From contig CM039003.1 of assembly GCA_017499595.2 (NCBI GenBank), positions 2,852,001 through 2,916,000 on the forward strand: 64,000 bases of DNA, written 5' to 3'. Shown piece after piece: positions 1 through 12,668 of this stretch. Below the pieces are notes generated by a model. The model saw only the letters and a program-made list of their open reading frames with translations, had not been told where the DNA came from and did no database searches. Position 1 is the first letter of the stretch. The number at the start of each line of letters is the position of its first letter. The DNA comes from Psilocybe cubensis. Taxonomy: Eukaryota. Position numbers and translations under genes: made by a program.

Positions 1-2822
1 CGTACTATTATACTTGTGGTTGGTATAAATTCTTTCTCTTGAGTCCTTCGCTAATTGTTGTAAACGAACAGACACACCATGTCACTCTCACAACTCCAAT
101 CTCCGACTACATTGTTTCAGTCGGTCTCGACGGGGTTGCTCGTGGTGCTGGCAGTGACATATCAGGCGCGATTTCACAAGGAATCGATCTGGAAGCGGAT
201 GAAAATGATCAACTCGAAAACAAGGCCGAGACTACAGTCGGTGAAGAAGTCGGGAAGAACGGAAAGCTCATTCTAGCCGAGGAAATTGAACAAGGTCGAG
301 TGCGATGGAGGTCCATAATGCTATACGTTAAAGGACTCAGTGGGAACAGACCGGCGTATTTTTTAATTATATGGATCCTAGGTATTATCTGCACCGAGAT
401 TGCCCGTTTGCTCAGCTCCTGGTTTCTAGGATTTTGGGGGTCCCAGTATGAAAATCAAAACCCGACCGATGTCCAGTTTTCATAGTAAGTCTATGCTTGA
501 TCCAGAGATTTAATCACTCACAATCTTTCCATAGTTATCTAACAAGTTATACATTCATTGTCATAGCGGCTCTGATACTCTCCGCACTAGTTTCAACCCT
601 TTACAACTCTGCAACTATCAGAGCATCGAGATCAGTCAACGATCAGCTAGTCGAATCTATTCTTACCTCCACATTCAGGTACGTGATTATTGTCATTTAC
701 GACATCTTAAAGCCAATTTAATCCCATCTCAGATGGTTAGATGAGACGCCTTTGTCCAGAATTGTTGCACGATGTACTGGGGACATAGCAACAGTCGACG
801 GGTCGATCCAAAATTCCTTCTACTTTGTCGTAGAAATCATGACTTGTATGATGGTTCAGTTGGCAATCCCAGCCGTCGTGGCGCCTATGATACTTGGGCC
901 AGGTCTTTTGGTTGCCATTGCCGGTGTGTATGTTGCCAACACATATCTCAAAGCACAGTTATCTGTGCAGCGAGAGATGAGGTGAGCTTCAGAAATATGT
1001 CAGCTTAAGGATAGTTTGATACATGCCTCTATTAGCAACGCACGGGCACCTGTGCTAGCTCATTTTGGGGCAGCTATGACTGGCTTAAGTGCGTTTACTC
1101 TATTACCCTAGTGTGGATTTTCTCACAACTCTGTCTAGCTTCTATACGGGCGTACGGTGCTCAAGAACTTCTGAAAGCAGAATCGTTGAGAAGGATCGAC
1201 CACTATTCAAAAATCGCCCGGGTTTCCTACAACCTAAATCGATGGCTGTCCATCCGTATTGACTTTATTGGTGCCTTTTTTACGGGAGGGGTGGCGTCCT
1301 ATCTGGTCTCGCAGACAAATTTGAGCTCGGGAAACATCGGTTTTGCTTTGAAAATGGTAATCTTTTTCAACAGACTTGTTCTGTATCTAGTCATGGAGCA
1401 CAACGATCTCGAGGTGCAGGCTAACAGGTGCGATAGTCAACAATTATCTTCTCTCTGTATACTAATTAAAGTCAGCTTGGAGAGAATACAATCATATATT
1501 GATATTGAACACGAACCAAAGCCAACCCAGGCTGGTAAACCACCAGCGGCATGGCCAACCAGCGGTGAGCTTCGAGTGGAAAACCTCTCATCAAGGTACT
1601 CTCAGGTATGCTAATTCGCTTACCTTACGCTATCCCATCATTGATATATCCGGAAAAAAGGATGGCCCAATAGTGTTAAAGCACATATCCTTTCACGTCA
1701 AGCCAGGGCAGCGAATTGGAATAGGTACTAGATTTTTGCTCTTACTGATATACTTCTAAGTACATTTTCAACGCAGTGGGAAGGACGGGCAGCGGAAAGG
1801 TTAGCAACATCATTCCACATTCTGACAAGCCTGTTCAAATAAATACCAGAGCTCACTGACATTATCCCTCCTGCGATGCATTCTAACGGAGGGAAAAGTC
1901 TACTTTGACGGACTTCCTATTGATGAAGTTAACTTGAACGAATTGAGGTCTCATATAACTATTATTCCCCAGATGGTGTGTCAGCTTATGTATTCAGTTT
2001 GAACCGCGTTCTTACCCCTACCTCAGCCTGAACTGCTCAGTGGTAATTGTTCTTTTACTTTCATTCAAAACATGATTCACACTCGATGCTGCAAAACCAG
2101 GAACCCTGCGTCGCAATTTGGATCCTTTCGGTGAAAACGATGATGCTACCTTGAATAATGCCCTCCGTGCCGCTGGTCTGTTTTCCTTGGAAGCAGAGGA
2201 GGAAGGAGGACGTATCACTTTAGATAGCAACATTTCAAGCGCAGGCGGGAATCTGTCGGTTGGACAACGTCAGATCATTGCACTAGCCAGAGCTATTGTC
2301 CGCAATAGCAAACTGCTCATTCTGGATGAAGGTTCGTTCATCGCACTTCACTCCCACTTTCTTGAAATCTAATTTTTTGTCCAAAGCGACCTCGGCCATT
2401 GGTTTGTTGTACACTTTATATTTTTATGGCTCTAACCCAGTGTTTAGATCACAAAACCGACTTGATTATACAGTCATCTCTACGGAACCAACTTGGTGCA
2501 GATGTTACTGTATTGACCGTGGCTCATCGACTCAGGACCATTATGGATGCCGACAAAATAGTAAGAATTCGAACGCAATGTCTTCATCTTTGTAATTTAG
2601 AGGGGTACTGACTCATACCAGCTGGTCCTGGACAGTGGAAAAATGGTAAGTCTGTTTATACTGTAAATTGAGCCACCTTTTCTCATCGAAGTGTAGGTCG
2701 AATTTGATTCTCCGAGAACGCTTCTCGGTTTGGAAGGGGGTTATTTCAAATCCCTCGTGGACGAAAGTGACGACAGGGAGTCGCTATATAAGATAGCTGA
2801 GGCATCTTTGGACCGGAAGTAG
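1..2822 (+). CDS. ABCC/MRP-type (Ybt1/Bpt1-like) ABC transporter, 3' half (TMD2+NBD2); 5' part outside window; multi-exon
   Basis: Spliced ORFs give the linker KLILAEEIEQGRV, WLDETP..RIVARCTGDI, SLERIQSY, Walker [10 protein letters not shown] (exon near 1777), signature NLSVGQRQ, Walker B LLILDE and VAHRL. Stop TAG at 2820-2822. Confidence 0.93.
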
Positions 2823-3045
2823 TTGGGTTGGCTTGTTATTACAACGCCTACCTGGAGTAATGTCGAAAGGCGGGTAAAACCTAATCTTCCTGGTTTGAAG
2901 ATTTCGGGGTTAGAACGTCTAGACAACATCGTGTAAAATCTGGATTTAATGTCAGACCCCGTGCAGCGTTGCAACGTTGACTCGTCAGTTCAAACAGAAG
3001 GGTATATTGACAAAGGCAACTGCAAATTATCTTATAATTAATGCA

Positions 3046-6000
3046 TTAGTAACCCGACGATGATCTCCCCTCAGCCATATCATAAAGGGCAGTCTTATCA
3101 CCACTCTCGTCCACCATACCCTTGAACTTACTACCCTCTTTGTGGAGAAGAGCTTTGGGTGAGTCAAATTCAATCTAGCATTGTTCATCTTATCGTGATC
3201 TGCGAGGATAAAAAAGGTATGCTTACGATGTGGCCTTCGTCAAGCACCATCTAATATTACGTTAAAATCGAATGATGGTAAAAGAAGCTGACATGAACGT
3301 ACAATTACATCTGCATCCATGATTGTCTGTAAACGATGTGCCACGGTAATTACCGTTACGCCAGGATCCAACTTGCGCCGAAGTGTAGTCTGTATGACTG
3401 CGTCCGTTTTATAGTCTGTTATACAAGAACATGATTAAATGCAGTCCACGGCTTTCCGTGGAAAACATACCGATGGCCGAGGTCGCTAGAAAGAGAGTAC
3501 TGACATCGGTTTGTGTGTATGTGGCACCAATAAACTATGGCTCACCTTCATCGAGGATAAGAAGTTTACTACCGCGAATTATAGCACGTGCAAGTGCAAT
3601 AATTTGCCGTTCACCAACTGAAAGATTACTACCTCCTGCTGAGATATTTGTATCGAGTGTGATGCGGTGCTCTTCCATCCCTTCTTGAATTGAGAACAAT
3701 CCAGCTGAGCGAAGTGAGTCGTTCAAGGTTGCATCATCATGCAGATCAAGTGGGTCCAAATTCCTTCGAAGGGTTCCTAGCATACATGCATTAATCACAC
3801 TGTAATGTAAAGTCCTAAGAGCCATACCGCTGATTAGTTCAGGCTAGAGCTAAATGTTAGTAATAGCATTGAGAGATGGCATGTCCTGCTCACCGTCTGA
3901 GGAATGATGGTTATATTCGACCTCAATGCATCCAGATTAATTTTGTTTGTATCAATGCCATCGTAATAGACTGTCCCCTCAGTCACAATGCATCGCAGAA
4001 GGGCAAGCGTTAGAGAGCTCTGTATACAATTTGACCTCGTTGACACAACCTGATAAAAGAAGGCTTACCTTTCCGCTCCCTGTCCTACCAACTTGAGTGA
4101 CAGTAAAGTCAGTCCACTCTTCACGAATTTCATTGTATCACTTACCAACGCCAACACGCTGGCCAGATCCGATGCGAAAAGACAGATTGTGCAAAACAGT
4201 TGGTCCAGCCTTCACAGGTTTAGAATAAATGACGAGGTTATATCACAACTTCTTCGGTACTTCGTACCTGGGAATATCGTGCGGAGAGATTTTCGACCAC
4301 AATTTCACCGCTGGTAGGCCAGGCGGCAGGAGGCTTGCCTTGGGGAGTCGGAGATGGCTCATGATCGATATCTATATAATCTTGTATGCGCTCGAGGCTG
4401 TGGCCCATTACGTCAGTAAGTGTTCTCTGAATAAATTGGAAATAAAGGACACCTGTTGGACTGAACCTCGAATTCGTTGAATACTCTGACCCAGTAAAGA
4501 ATCATTGAACAAAATTCTGCAGCCATACTCAATGTAAAACCGGTATTGGACGAGCCGAGGAAGATCCCGTACACAAGGTAGGAGGCTATAGCGACACTGA
4601 AAAGGTTTCCCAGAAAATTGATCCGAATACCAACCCATCGGTTAAGGTTGTACGATACCCTTGCAATCCGTGTATAGTGGTCGATGCGCTTCAATGATTC
4701 AGCTATAAAGGCCTCTTGAACACCATATGCACGGACGGACACTAAAAACATGCATTACAAAGTTGATCATGATGCAGTATGCTAGAAGCCTATTCTCTTA
4801 CCTAAACCAGCAACTGCAGCGCCAAAATGAGCCAGAACAGGTGATCGGGCATTGCTGGCATGAAAGGTTGACGATTAGCTGTCAACAAAAGACATAACTA
4901 TGACACACCTTTTCTCTCTTTTAACAGATAACTGGGCCCTGAGATACATATTTCCGAGGTACAAGGCAAGGGCCGCCACAGCTATGCCTGGGGACAGAAA
5001 CACGGGGGTGAAAATAATGATAACACCAAAGTTCGTGATCATGCTAATTGCCACATTGATCATTTCAAGAAGTTGAGTGGTCAGAGGCCCATCCAGTGCA
5101 CGTATGTCCTGGGTACATCGGGCGATAATTCTTGACGTCGGGGTCTCGTCAAGCCAACTTAAATCACAACGTCAGCCATGTTTAATAAAAGTAGACTAAT
5201 AATCAATTCATACCGTAATGTACTAGACAGTGCTGATTCTACGAGCAGCGCGTTGATGGTTCTGGACGCACGCATGGTCCCATATGTATAATATATGTAT
5301 GCTGCAAAGGAAAGGGACATCGATCCGAAAATGATGAGTGAGTAAAATCCAAGGAACCTAATGAACAATATTCAGTAACATGTCACTTGGAAAGTAAACC
5401 AAAGTTAGCAAAGCACTTGGAGCACTTACAGGAATGTTTTTACTTCTTCTGGTGAGTGCCTCTCGTATTGGGATCCCCAGTACCCTAAGAACCATGTCTG
5501 AAATGCCCTTGTCCAGTTGGAAACAAGATACAGGCTCATTAGCAAACAATAAAAGACGAAGGGATAGTCTCCGCCCAAGGCAGATATAAACAATTTGATA
5601 GATTTCCACGTTACGTGGCCTTTCGCAACTTCTTCAGACAGTACAAGCTTCCCGCTTACCCCCTCTTTCTTAGCCATAGAGGGAACCTCTTTCATCGACA
5701 TCGAGATTTCTTCTTCATTTTCCTGCATTTCGTGGGCGAATGTTTGATCAATGTCAAGAATAGCTTTGGTGTCAGACCCTTGGGCCTGTATTGTCCCATC
5801 ATTTCCCAGCGAAACGATAAAGCCTGCAATGGGTGCCACCACCGCCACATTGTGGGTCTGTCTTAAAGTGTTAGCGTAAGCGAAGCAACGACAGTTGATT
5901 GGAAATTGACCACTAATAAAATGGTTCGTCCCCTGACTAACTCTCCTCGGAAGCACTTGTTGACAATCCAGACAGCTCTGTGCACCTCATCATGTTCAGC

Positions 6001-9000
6001 AGCACTTTACAAGTCATCACACCCAACACTCACGTGTGGACGTCAAGCGCTGCAAGAACGTCATCCAATAGAATGATCTTCGCCTTCGAATAAATGGCTC
6101 TAGCGAGCGTGATCCGTGCCTGCAGTGTCGTAATCAGCAAAAATTGACCCGATGCCTTCAAAGTCGCATACCTTCTGTCCGCCACTGGCATTGTCTCTCA
6201 TTTAGTTATGGTTATGATGGGTTAATGACAACGTTAATACATACCTTAGTGTGATACCCTTTTCTCCAACCTCAGTGGCATCCCCCGCTTCGAACAATTC
6301 TATATCCCGATCTAAAGCGCACTGGTAGATGACTTTTGACACAAAATTAGATTGATTGTGAATGCAATGCAATTGTAATTTTCTCACCTTTACGATAACG
6401 ATCTTCATCATATGGCGATCCGAATAAGATATTATCACGAATCGTTTCATTCTGGACCCACGACTCCTGAGCGGCATAAGCGACACCATCTTCTCTCGGA
6501 AGGTTGAACCAAGAGTCGGTGGATTGGATAAAATGCATTTCCCCTGGGTAAGCCAAGATAAGTATGCCTTTCATAATGAAAATATAAATCAACACAGACC
6601 AAGGAGAGCCATCAGTATCGAAGTTTTACCGGACCCTCTGTTGTACATTGAGTAAGTTCTACACATTCAAAGATGTGCTACGTACGTCGGGCCAACAATC
6701 AGGTTGATGCAGTCGCGTTTAAACAGTAGTTCGCCCTCAATTTTTAGTCGATATGAGCGACGAGATGGCCTTTGAATATCGTCATCCGATTCAACTCGCC
6801 ATGAGAAACTTGCATTTCTGAAGCCAATGTCGTGTTCATTTCTGGTATCCACTAAGGGCAACGGGCCATCAGACAGGTTGGCTTGAAATGAGTCCAGAAG
6901 CTCTGTTTTCTGCAAGAAATCTGTCACGCGATCCAAAGAAACCTTGCCTGGATGAAATATTGATTGTTCATATTGTCGTGTTCGAAGGACAGGAAGATGG
7001 AAATTACCTTGTATATTTTCAGCTATCTGCCATTGTATTCGCTGTAGCTGTATTCTAAGCATGGAAAATACAGTCACGCTCGAAAAGATGATCGATGCTA
7101 AATATTGTCAGTTACATGATGTAGTTCTAAAGCTACATAATATCACTTACGCGTCAGACTCTGCTTCATAATCAGAGTGTAGGTAGCGTATGTTGCAATC
7201 ATTGTAATGTTTGGGATCAAAACGCTGCAATAGAGGTATGACGTCACAGATCAACCGCGGCGATTTCGAATAAACGTACTTTGAAAGACCTGTAATCATT
7301 GAAAGAATCTACGGCGTGACTCGATCAGCATGACATCTATATTGAACAGTATGACAGGTAAATTATACCTTATATTTCCATATAGCAGATAGCTCCTGGT
7401 CCCTTTTCTCTTTAATCCTCTTGGACATATCGCCTTCCCAGCCGAAGAGTTTAACCATCCTCAGAACACTCACGACTGGAATTTTCTTAGAACATTTCTG
7501 GGCCTTTATTCAGTACAACTGACCTTCAGTTACATCTTGAACTCTTGCATCTGTCTAATAATTGATGCGTAAACAGGAGAGATATTTCGATAACATCTAA
7601 AATTTAGGTCTTACCATTTTCATTCGGTGTCGTTGAACGTCTTGTAGAAGTTTCGCGGCATATCCGGGAATAGGGAGGCACATAATCATGGCTGCAAGCC
7701 CAACAAAAGAGCTTGAAATTACATTAGTATAAAAAGATGTGAACGAAACAAAAACAGAAAACAAACCTCCATCCTAACAAGTTGTATAAAAAGAATGTGC
7801 ATGCCAGTATCTGAAGCGGCGCCGCAAGCACTGAATGCCAAAATAATTAGTGACATATCCAAATAAAATGCCAACTAGAAACTGACCAAGAAGAAGAAAG
7901 TCACGAGCGTCCGTAATGTTCCCAAGATCCGTCGTGACCAAGTTGTTGATTTTTCCAATCAGGTTAGAGACATCCTTGCGCGGAGGTTGTTGTTGTGGCT
8001 TGACTGGAGCTGGTGCCTGCGCTTCTGGTGCCTTACCCTTTCCCTTCAAGGATGCAGATGGCGTTTCTGTTGACGGGGCCTTTGCATCTGGAAGTAAACT
8101 TGATGCATCCTTCAATGTAGACACACTTGCAGAAGCATTGGTAGAGCTAACAGAAGCTGTGTCTGGTGTGCCGGCGCCGCTGAAGTTGTCATTATCCTGT
8201 TTGGCATCCCTATCAGAACCAGACTCTGAAGCCAGACGGATCCGTAAACTGTGCTCGAAGACTAGTTGTGTAATCAAAGCTTCCGCGTGAGCGAGAGCTT
8301 TGGTGGCCATAAAAATATACCATTGAAAAAGCACGGAGTTGAACATGGGGCCAATGAAAAGGCATAAAATCCAGAACCAAGGTCGCACAATTGCCCCTTC
8401 GCCGCCATTTTCGAGATAACTGTAGTTTAAATCATCAATATAATAGCCAAAAGGGAACTAGGTTCATGAGACACTCACGTCAAAATTCTGTTGATGCCGA
8501 TTGGTGAGAAAAATCCAAGAACAACTTGTCCGACAACGCAGAATGCCATAACAGAATATTCTTTGCCTAGTGAGAAATCAATATCAGTTAAGCAGAGAGA
8601 ATCAGATTCAGTACGCACGGAAAGCACGAAGGAGGCCAAAAACAATGTGTCTCTTCTTCGCTCCTCTGAAGATATCCATATGCTATGCAATGTTATTGGT
8701 ATGCTCGTAACTATTTAAGAGACGATACTCACTGGAAAGGCGTCTTTTACCAGAACCGCAGAACGATCGGTGTCGCATAGAGGTGGAAGCTGTCGAGCTT
8801 CCATATGTTCGACTTTGTATCCCAAGAGAATGACAGGGTCGAGATAAAAGAAAAATATCAGCGAAAAAATTGAACATGTTTGCTCGTCGTTTGGCACTGG
8901 CATAGGGTCCTGAGAGCTATGAGGGACTTGTTTTACGTACTAATGCATATACAGAAAGACTTTACCTTGGGATCTACGGGTACATAGCGGCGCGGTATAA

Positions 9001-9771
9001 ACAAAGGAACAAACCACGCTGTAAAGGCCAGAATTGAGAGTTTAATCCACAAAAGCCTATCATCAGCGTCTTGTGGGGAATCAGTATAGGTTGCCATTGG
9101 CCAAATGTCTCTGTAAAGATAAACCGCCGACATGCTAAGCAATACGATGATGTTTAAGCGTGTGGCGGCGACTGTCCATTGGCTGACGACCATCGATGAA
9201 AGTGCCAATATAAAAGCGTAAAACTGCAAGTATTTAGTGCATCTTCCAATATATCGACATAAGGCCACTAACATATGTAACAGTCACGAAGGCTTCAGGA
9301 CACTTTGATACGAAGGAAGTCAAGTCCTCTGTGCCTGGACATCCGGAAAGGGTTCTCAATGAAAGCGAAAGTAGTAAGAAGCATCCGATCAGTCGCGCTG
9401 TTGCATATATGAATATTGAAAAACCATTGATAACTTTTCCCTGGTTGAAAAGATAGGATACCGTTGCGGGATTCGGTGGAACCTCATATGATGAAGCTTC
9501 GCCCGTGAGCGTAGTATCGACGAGACGGCCTCGAAATCGATGCCAGAGGTGCACTGTAGCCGAGCTTATTAAGCAAATCGTTTGGACTGACGCGAAGAAG
9601 ATAACTAGAGCTAAAGGAATGGCAAATGTGTTGGCTATTGCCCTAAGTTAAACAGTGAGGCACAATGTAAAACTACGATGGGCCAAACACGCACGATTTC
9701 AACCCGCTATCATACACGCGCCCACTGTCCATCGGCAGCTGAATGTCCCAGCCAGAAAGGAACGTGGCCAT
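3046..9771 (-). CDS. ABCC/MRP-type ABC transporter, full length, many introns
   Basis: NBD1: GPTGSGKT (intron-split), [37 protein letters not shown]2: GRTGSGKS, NLSVGERQ, LLILDE, VAHRL. Probable ATG at 9771 (MATFLSGWD); stop TAA at 3046-3048. Tail-to-tail with the first ABC gene. Confidence 0.92.
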
Positions 9772-10557
9772 GTCCTTTTATTGGCCGAAGGAGACCAGTA
9801 TTGACTGCCGCTTGATGGAAAGAATGTCTGTGGAAAAGGAGAAGTGGAATGAGGTTGACCTGTTTATACCCATAATTTATATATATCATAGTAAGCGGCA
9901 CCCATGTGCAGCTATGGTCAGTTACCACCTTCGTGTATGATTTCGGTGAAAGCTCTCACGTACCGTCTTCACGTTAAAGTCATCCGAAGTAGATCGTGGT
10001 GCTGGTTGTAATCCCTATAGAATTGAGGCCTGCTCCTCAAGGCAGTCTGGTATAGAGTATGCCAGTGGTAGGCTGGATTATTGTCCTGAAACCAACAGGG
10101 AACCTTCCGACATGCTCGAGTTCCCTGATTCTGAAAATAGTTCGTGGCCATCCTCATCTTGACTGTGCGCCCGTGCCAGGTGGAGATAACTCGGCGGAGA
10201 GATTTGCTGTACACATGGTGATATGGTGCATCGAATATGGAAGAATGACATTGACGCGCATTGGGCGCATATCATTGAATTGCAAACAATGCAACGAGCA
10301 GATAAAAATTGAAACGTCATACAACGTCGCACACGTGATCTGGCGCGATACGCGCGCGCGTCGCGTCAGCCTCCGTGGGAAATGAACTGTAGCCGTTGCT
10401 TCGCCGCTCTGAATCGTTCGGAATAATTTACAGACTTTCTCTTGGTATATAATTTTCCATGAGATCCTTGTTTTGGCACGAAAAATCACTGTACATTATT
10501 TTCTAATACTGAAATCTACAATCGAAAAACGATGGAAAAGAGGAGAGCTAAAGAGAG

Positions 10558-12318
10558 CTAAACCGTGATATACCCATCTCCATCATCATGTTCTCTAAAT
10601 ATCCATGTACGATCCACCGTATCTCGTGCTCCATAGGCAGTGTTAGAGATATGCATTGGTGAGAGGAAACCAACATAGCCTGGTACCTGTTCCGCAGGAC
10701 GCAGATACTCCAGCTGCAAGTCGATATGGATACCCAGCTCGTGTGATCGTTTCTTTACCGCCAACTGAATATCGGGGTTGTTCGGAGCCCTTCTGCGGTC
10801 CAAAACTATCTTCACCATTCTCAGTTTTGCAACATTGGGTATTGTACCCATACGGCTGGTGGCAAACTCTAAAATATCATCATCCGATACTCGTGTCCTG
10901 TATAACTCTAAAATTTCCAATCGAGGCAAAAGGACCGTCCTCGAGTCAGTGTCGATCCGAGCAATCAGGCAACGAAGGTCAAATGGGTCTAGAATCTTCA
11001 TTGTGTAGTGGACGTTCAGTGCGTTGAAAACCAACCTGACCAAAGATGTTGAGATGGCGTGAAGAAAGTTGTAGAGAACAGTAGGGGAGAAGATGAACCT
11101 TCCAATGGAGAGTTGGAGTAACTTTGGTGTCCTTTCAATGAACATTCGAACTGAAGGGAAATCGTGATCATCTTCGCCGTATGGAACAACACTCCCTTGG
11201 GTTTTATAGTCGAAATATTGTAGCTTTGGTGCGTTTATCAAATCATAAATACCGTGGCTAGCTGAAGAATTCGGATTAATTTCTGTGATCCACAACGAAG
11301 CAAGGTACTGCATATTTATCGTTTCTCCAGGACGCCTTTCGAGGTCCGAATAGATTAGAGAGAATTCCCCATGATGGAGGTAAGGGCACATCTTCAGCAA
11401 TGACAATACCTCCTGAGCAGTGCAATAGGTGTGATTGGAGAGATGCGTGATCTTGTTTTCATATGCGAAAATGTTTCTGAACAATTGACCGTTGGGCAGT
11501 GCATGGGGAGCAATCGAAACGTGGCGCAAGTTGGGAGATGTAAGGAGTCCGGTGAATAATTGCTGGCCTTCCGTCAGTAGGTCAGACACGGATACCTTTA
11601 CTTGCGTAAGCCCAAGGAGAGGGAGATTGTGTATCATTTTTTCCAGTTCGAGATATACAAGCTCGGGAACGTGCAGCTCCAGACATTTCAAACGAGAAGC
11701 AAACGTCAAGATTCTCTCAAAGAGTGTTATAGTGGTTTTGTCTACTTTGTCTTGCTCTTGTCGGACAAATCCAGAGACAAAACAAATAGAAATCGATAAG
11801 GAACAATCTCCAGAACGGAGAAGCCATTCTGAGACAGCATCGCATCTGAGTCGGAGGACATTACACACCTCACTTGATGAAAATGTGAGGAAATCAGGAG
11901 TGTTATCTCCCAAAGCACCCTCTGTCAGAAAAGGAATGTGGATTCGAGCCCACAGCCGAGGTGAAGAAAGAGCCAGACTTCTCCAGTTACTGCAGATGCG
12001 CGTGAGAAGCATGGGGCATTCGGAAGCAACCATTGTTGGATTTCGGTGAGTCGGCAGACTATGTTCGAAGATTGCATAAAGAATCTCTGGGGGGAGACGA
12101 CGCACTGGAGCTAGAATGCACTCATAATGCGTGATCGACTGTTCAATTTCCGTTGCCTTTAGCCTTAGTTCTTCGGCGCGACTTTCTAGACGTCGTATTT
12201 CCGCCTTCGCATCGTCTATCTGCTTCCATGGTCCAGAGAGCAGTTCTTTGACCTTTGATACAGCCTCGTCTGGTGGGCGATTGTTGTTTTGGGCAAGAAC
12301 GTCCAATCGATTTGACAT
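10558..12318 (-). CDS. Intronless agaricomycete F-box-like protein with LRR-like C-terminal region (586 aa)
   Basis: Coiled coil, then LAPVRRLPPEILYAIFEHSL...PMLLTRICSNWRSLALSSPRLWARIHI, W-L-x-R-S-G, and C-terminal LLPRLEILEL. Confidence 0.88.
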   Translation of the reverse strand: MSNRLDVLAQNNNRPPDEAVSKVKELLSGPWKQIDDAKAEIRRLESRAEELRLKATEIEQSITHYECILAPVRRLPPEILYAIFEHSLPTHRNPTMVASECPMLLTRICSNWRSLALSSPRLWARIHIPFLTEGALGDNTPDFLTFSSSEVCNVLRLRCDAVSEWLLRSGDCSLSISICFVSGFVRQEQDKVDKTTITLFERILTFASRLKCLELHVPELVYLELEKMIHNLPLLGLTQVKVSVSDLLTEGQQLFTGLLTSPNLRHVSIAPHALPNGQLFRNIFAYENKITHLSNHTYCTAQEVLSLLKMCPYLHHGEFSLIYSDLERRPGETINMQYLASLWITEINPNSSASHGIYDLINAPKLQYFDYKTQGSVVPYGEDDHDFPSVRMFIERTPKLLQLSIGRFIFSPTVLYNFLHAISTSLVRLVFNALNVHYTMKILDPFDLRCLIARIDTDSRTVLLPRLEILELYRTRVSDDDILEFATSRMGTIPNVAKLRMVKIVLDRRRAPNNPDIQLAVKKRSHELGIHIDLQLEYLRPAEQVPGYVGFLSPMHISNTAYGARDTVDRTWIFREHDDGDGYITV

Positions 12319-12668
12319 TGCACGGCGTCAATTATCAGCGAGAGATCCAGAGCTTGACGGTGTAAAACGAAGTATTATATCTGAAATTTCGAAGTGTATC
12401 TCATCAATTTGCAGAAAATGGTCGTGCTTGCTAATGCTGTAGAGATACTTACGGGTGAGGAAAGTGGTGTGATGGCTGAAGTGCTGAATGTTCAATGTTG
12501 CCGTGGCTGGTGTTTTAATTGATTGGCGACGCACAGCTTTTGATGCCATCTGTCCCGCCATTAACGGCGAATTATTGAATGCAGATTGAATCTATGTTGC
12601 TTTCTCTCTCTCCCTCTTCAGAACACCATGATATGATCCCATGATGCTCATTGTTCGGTATCCCTCAT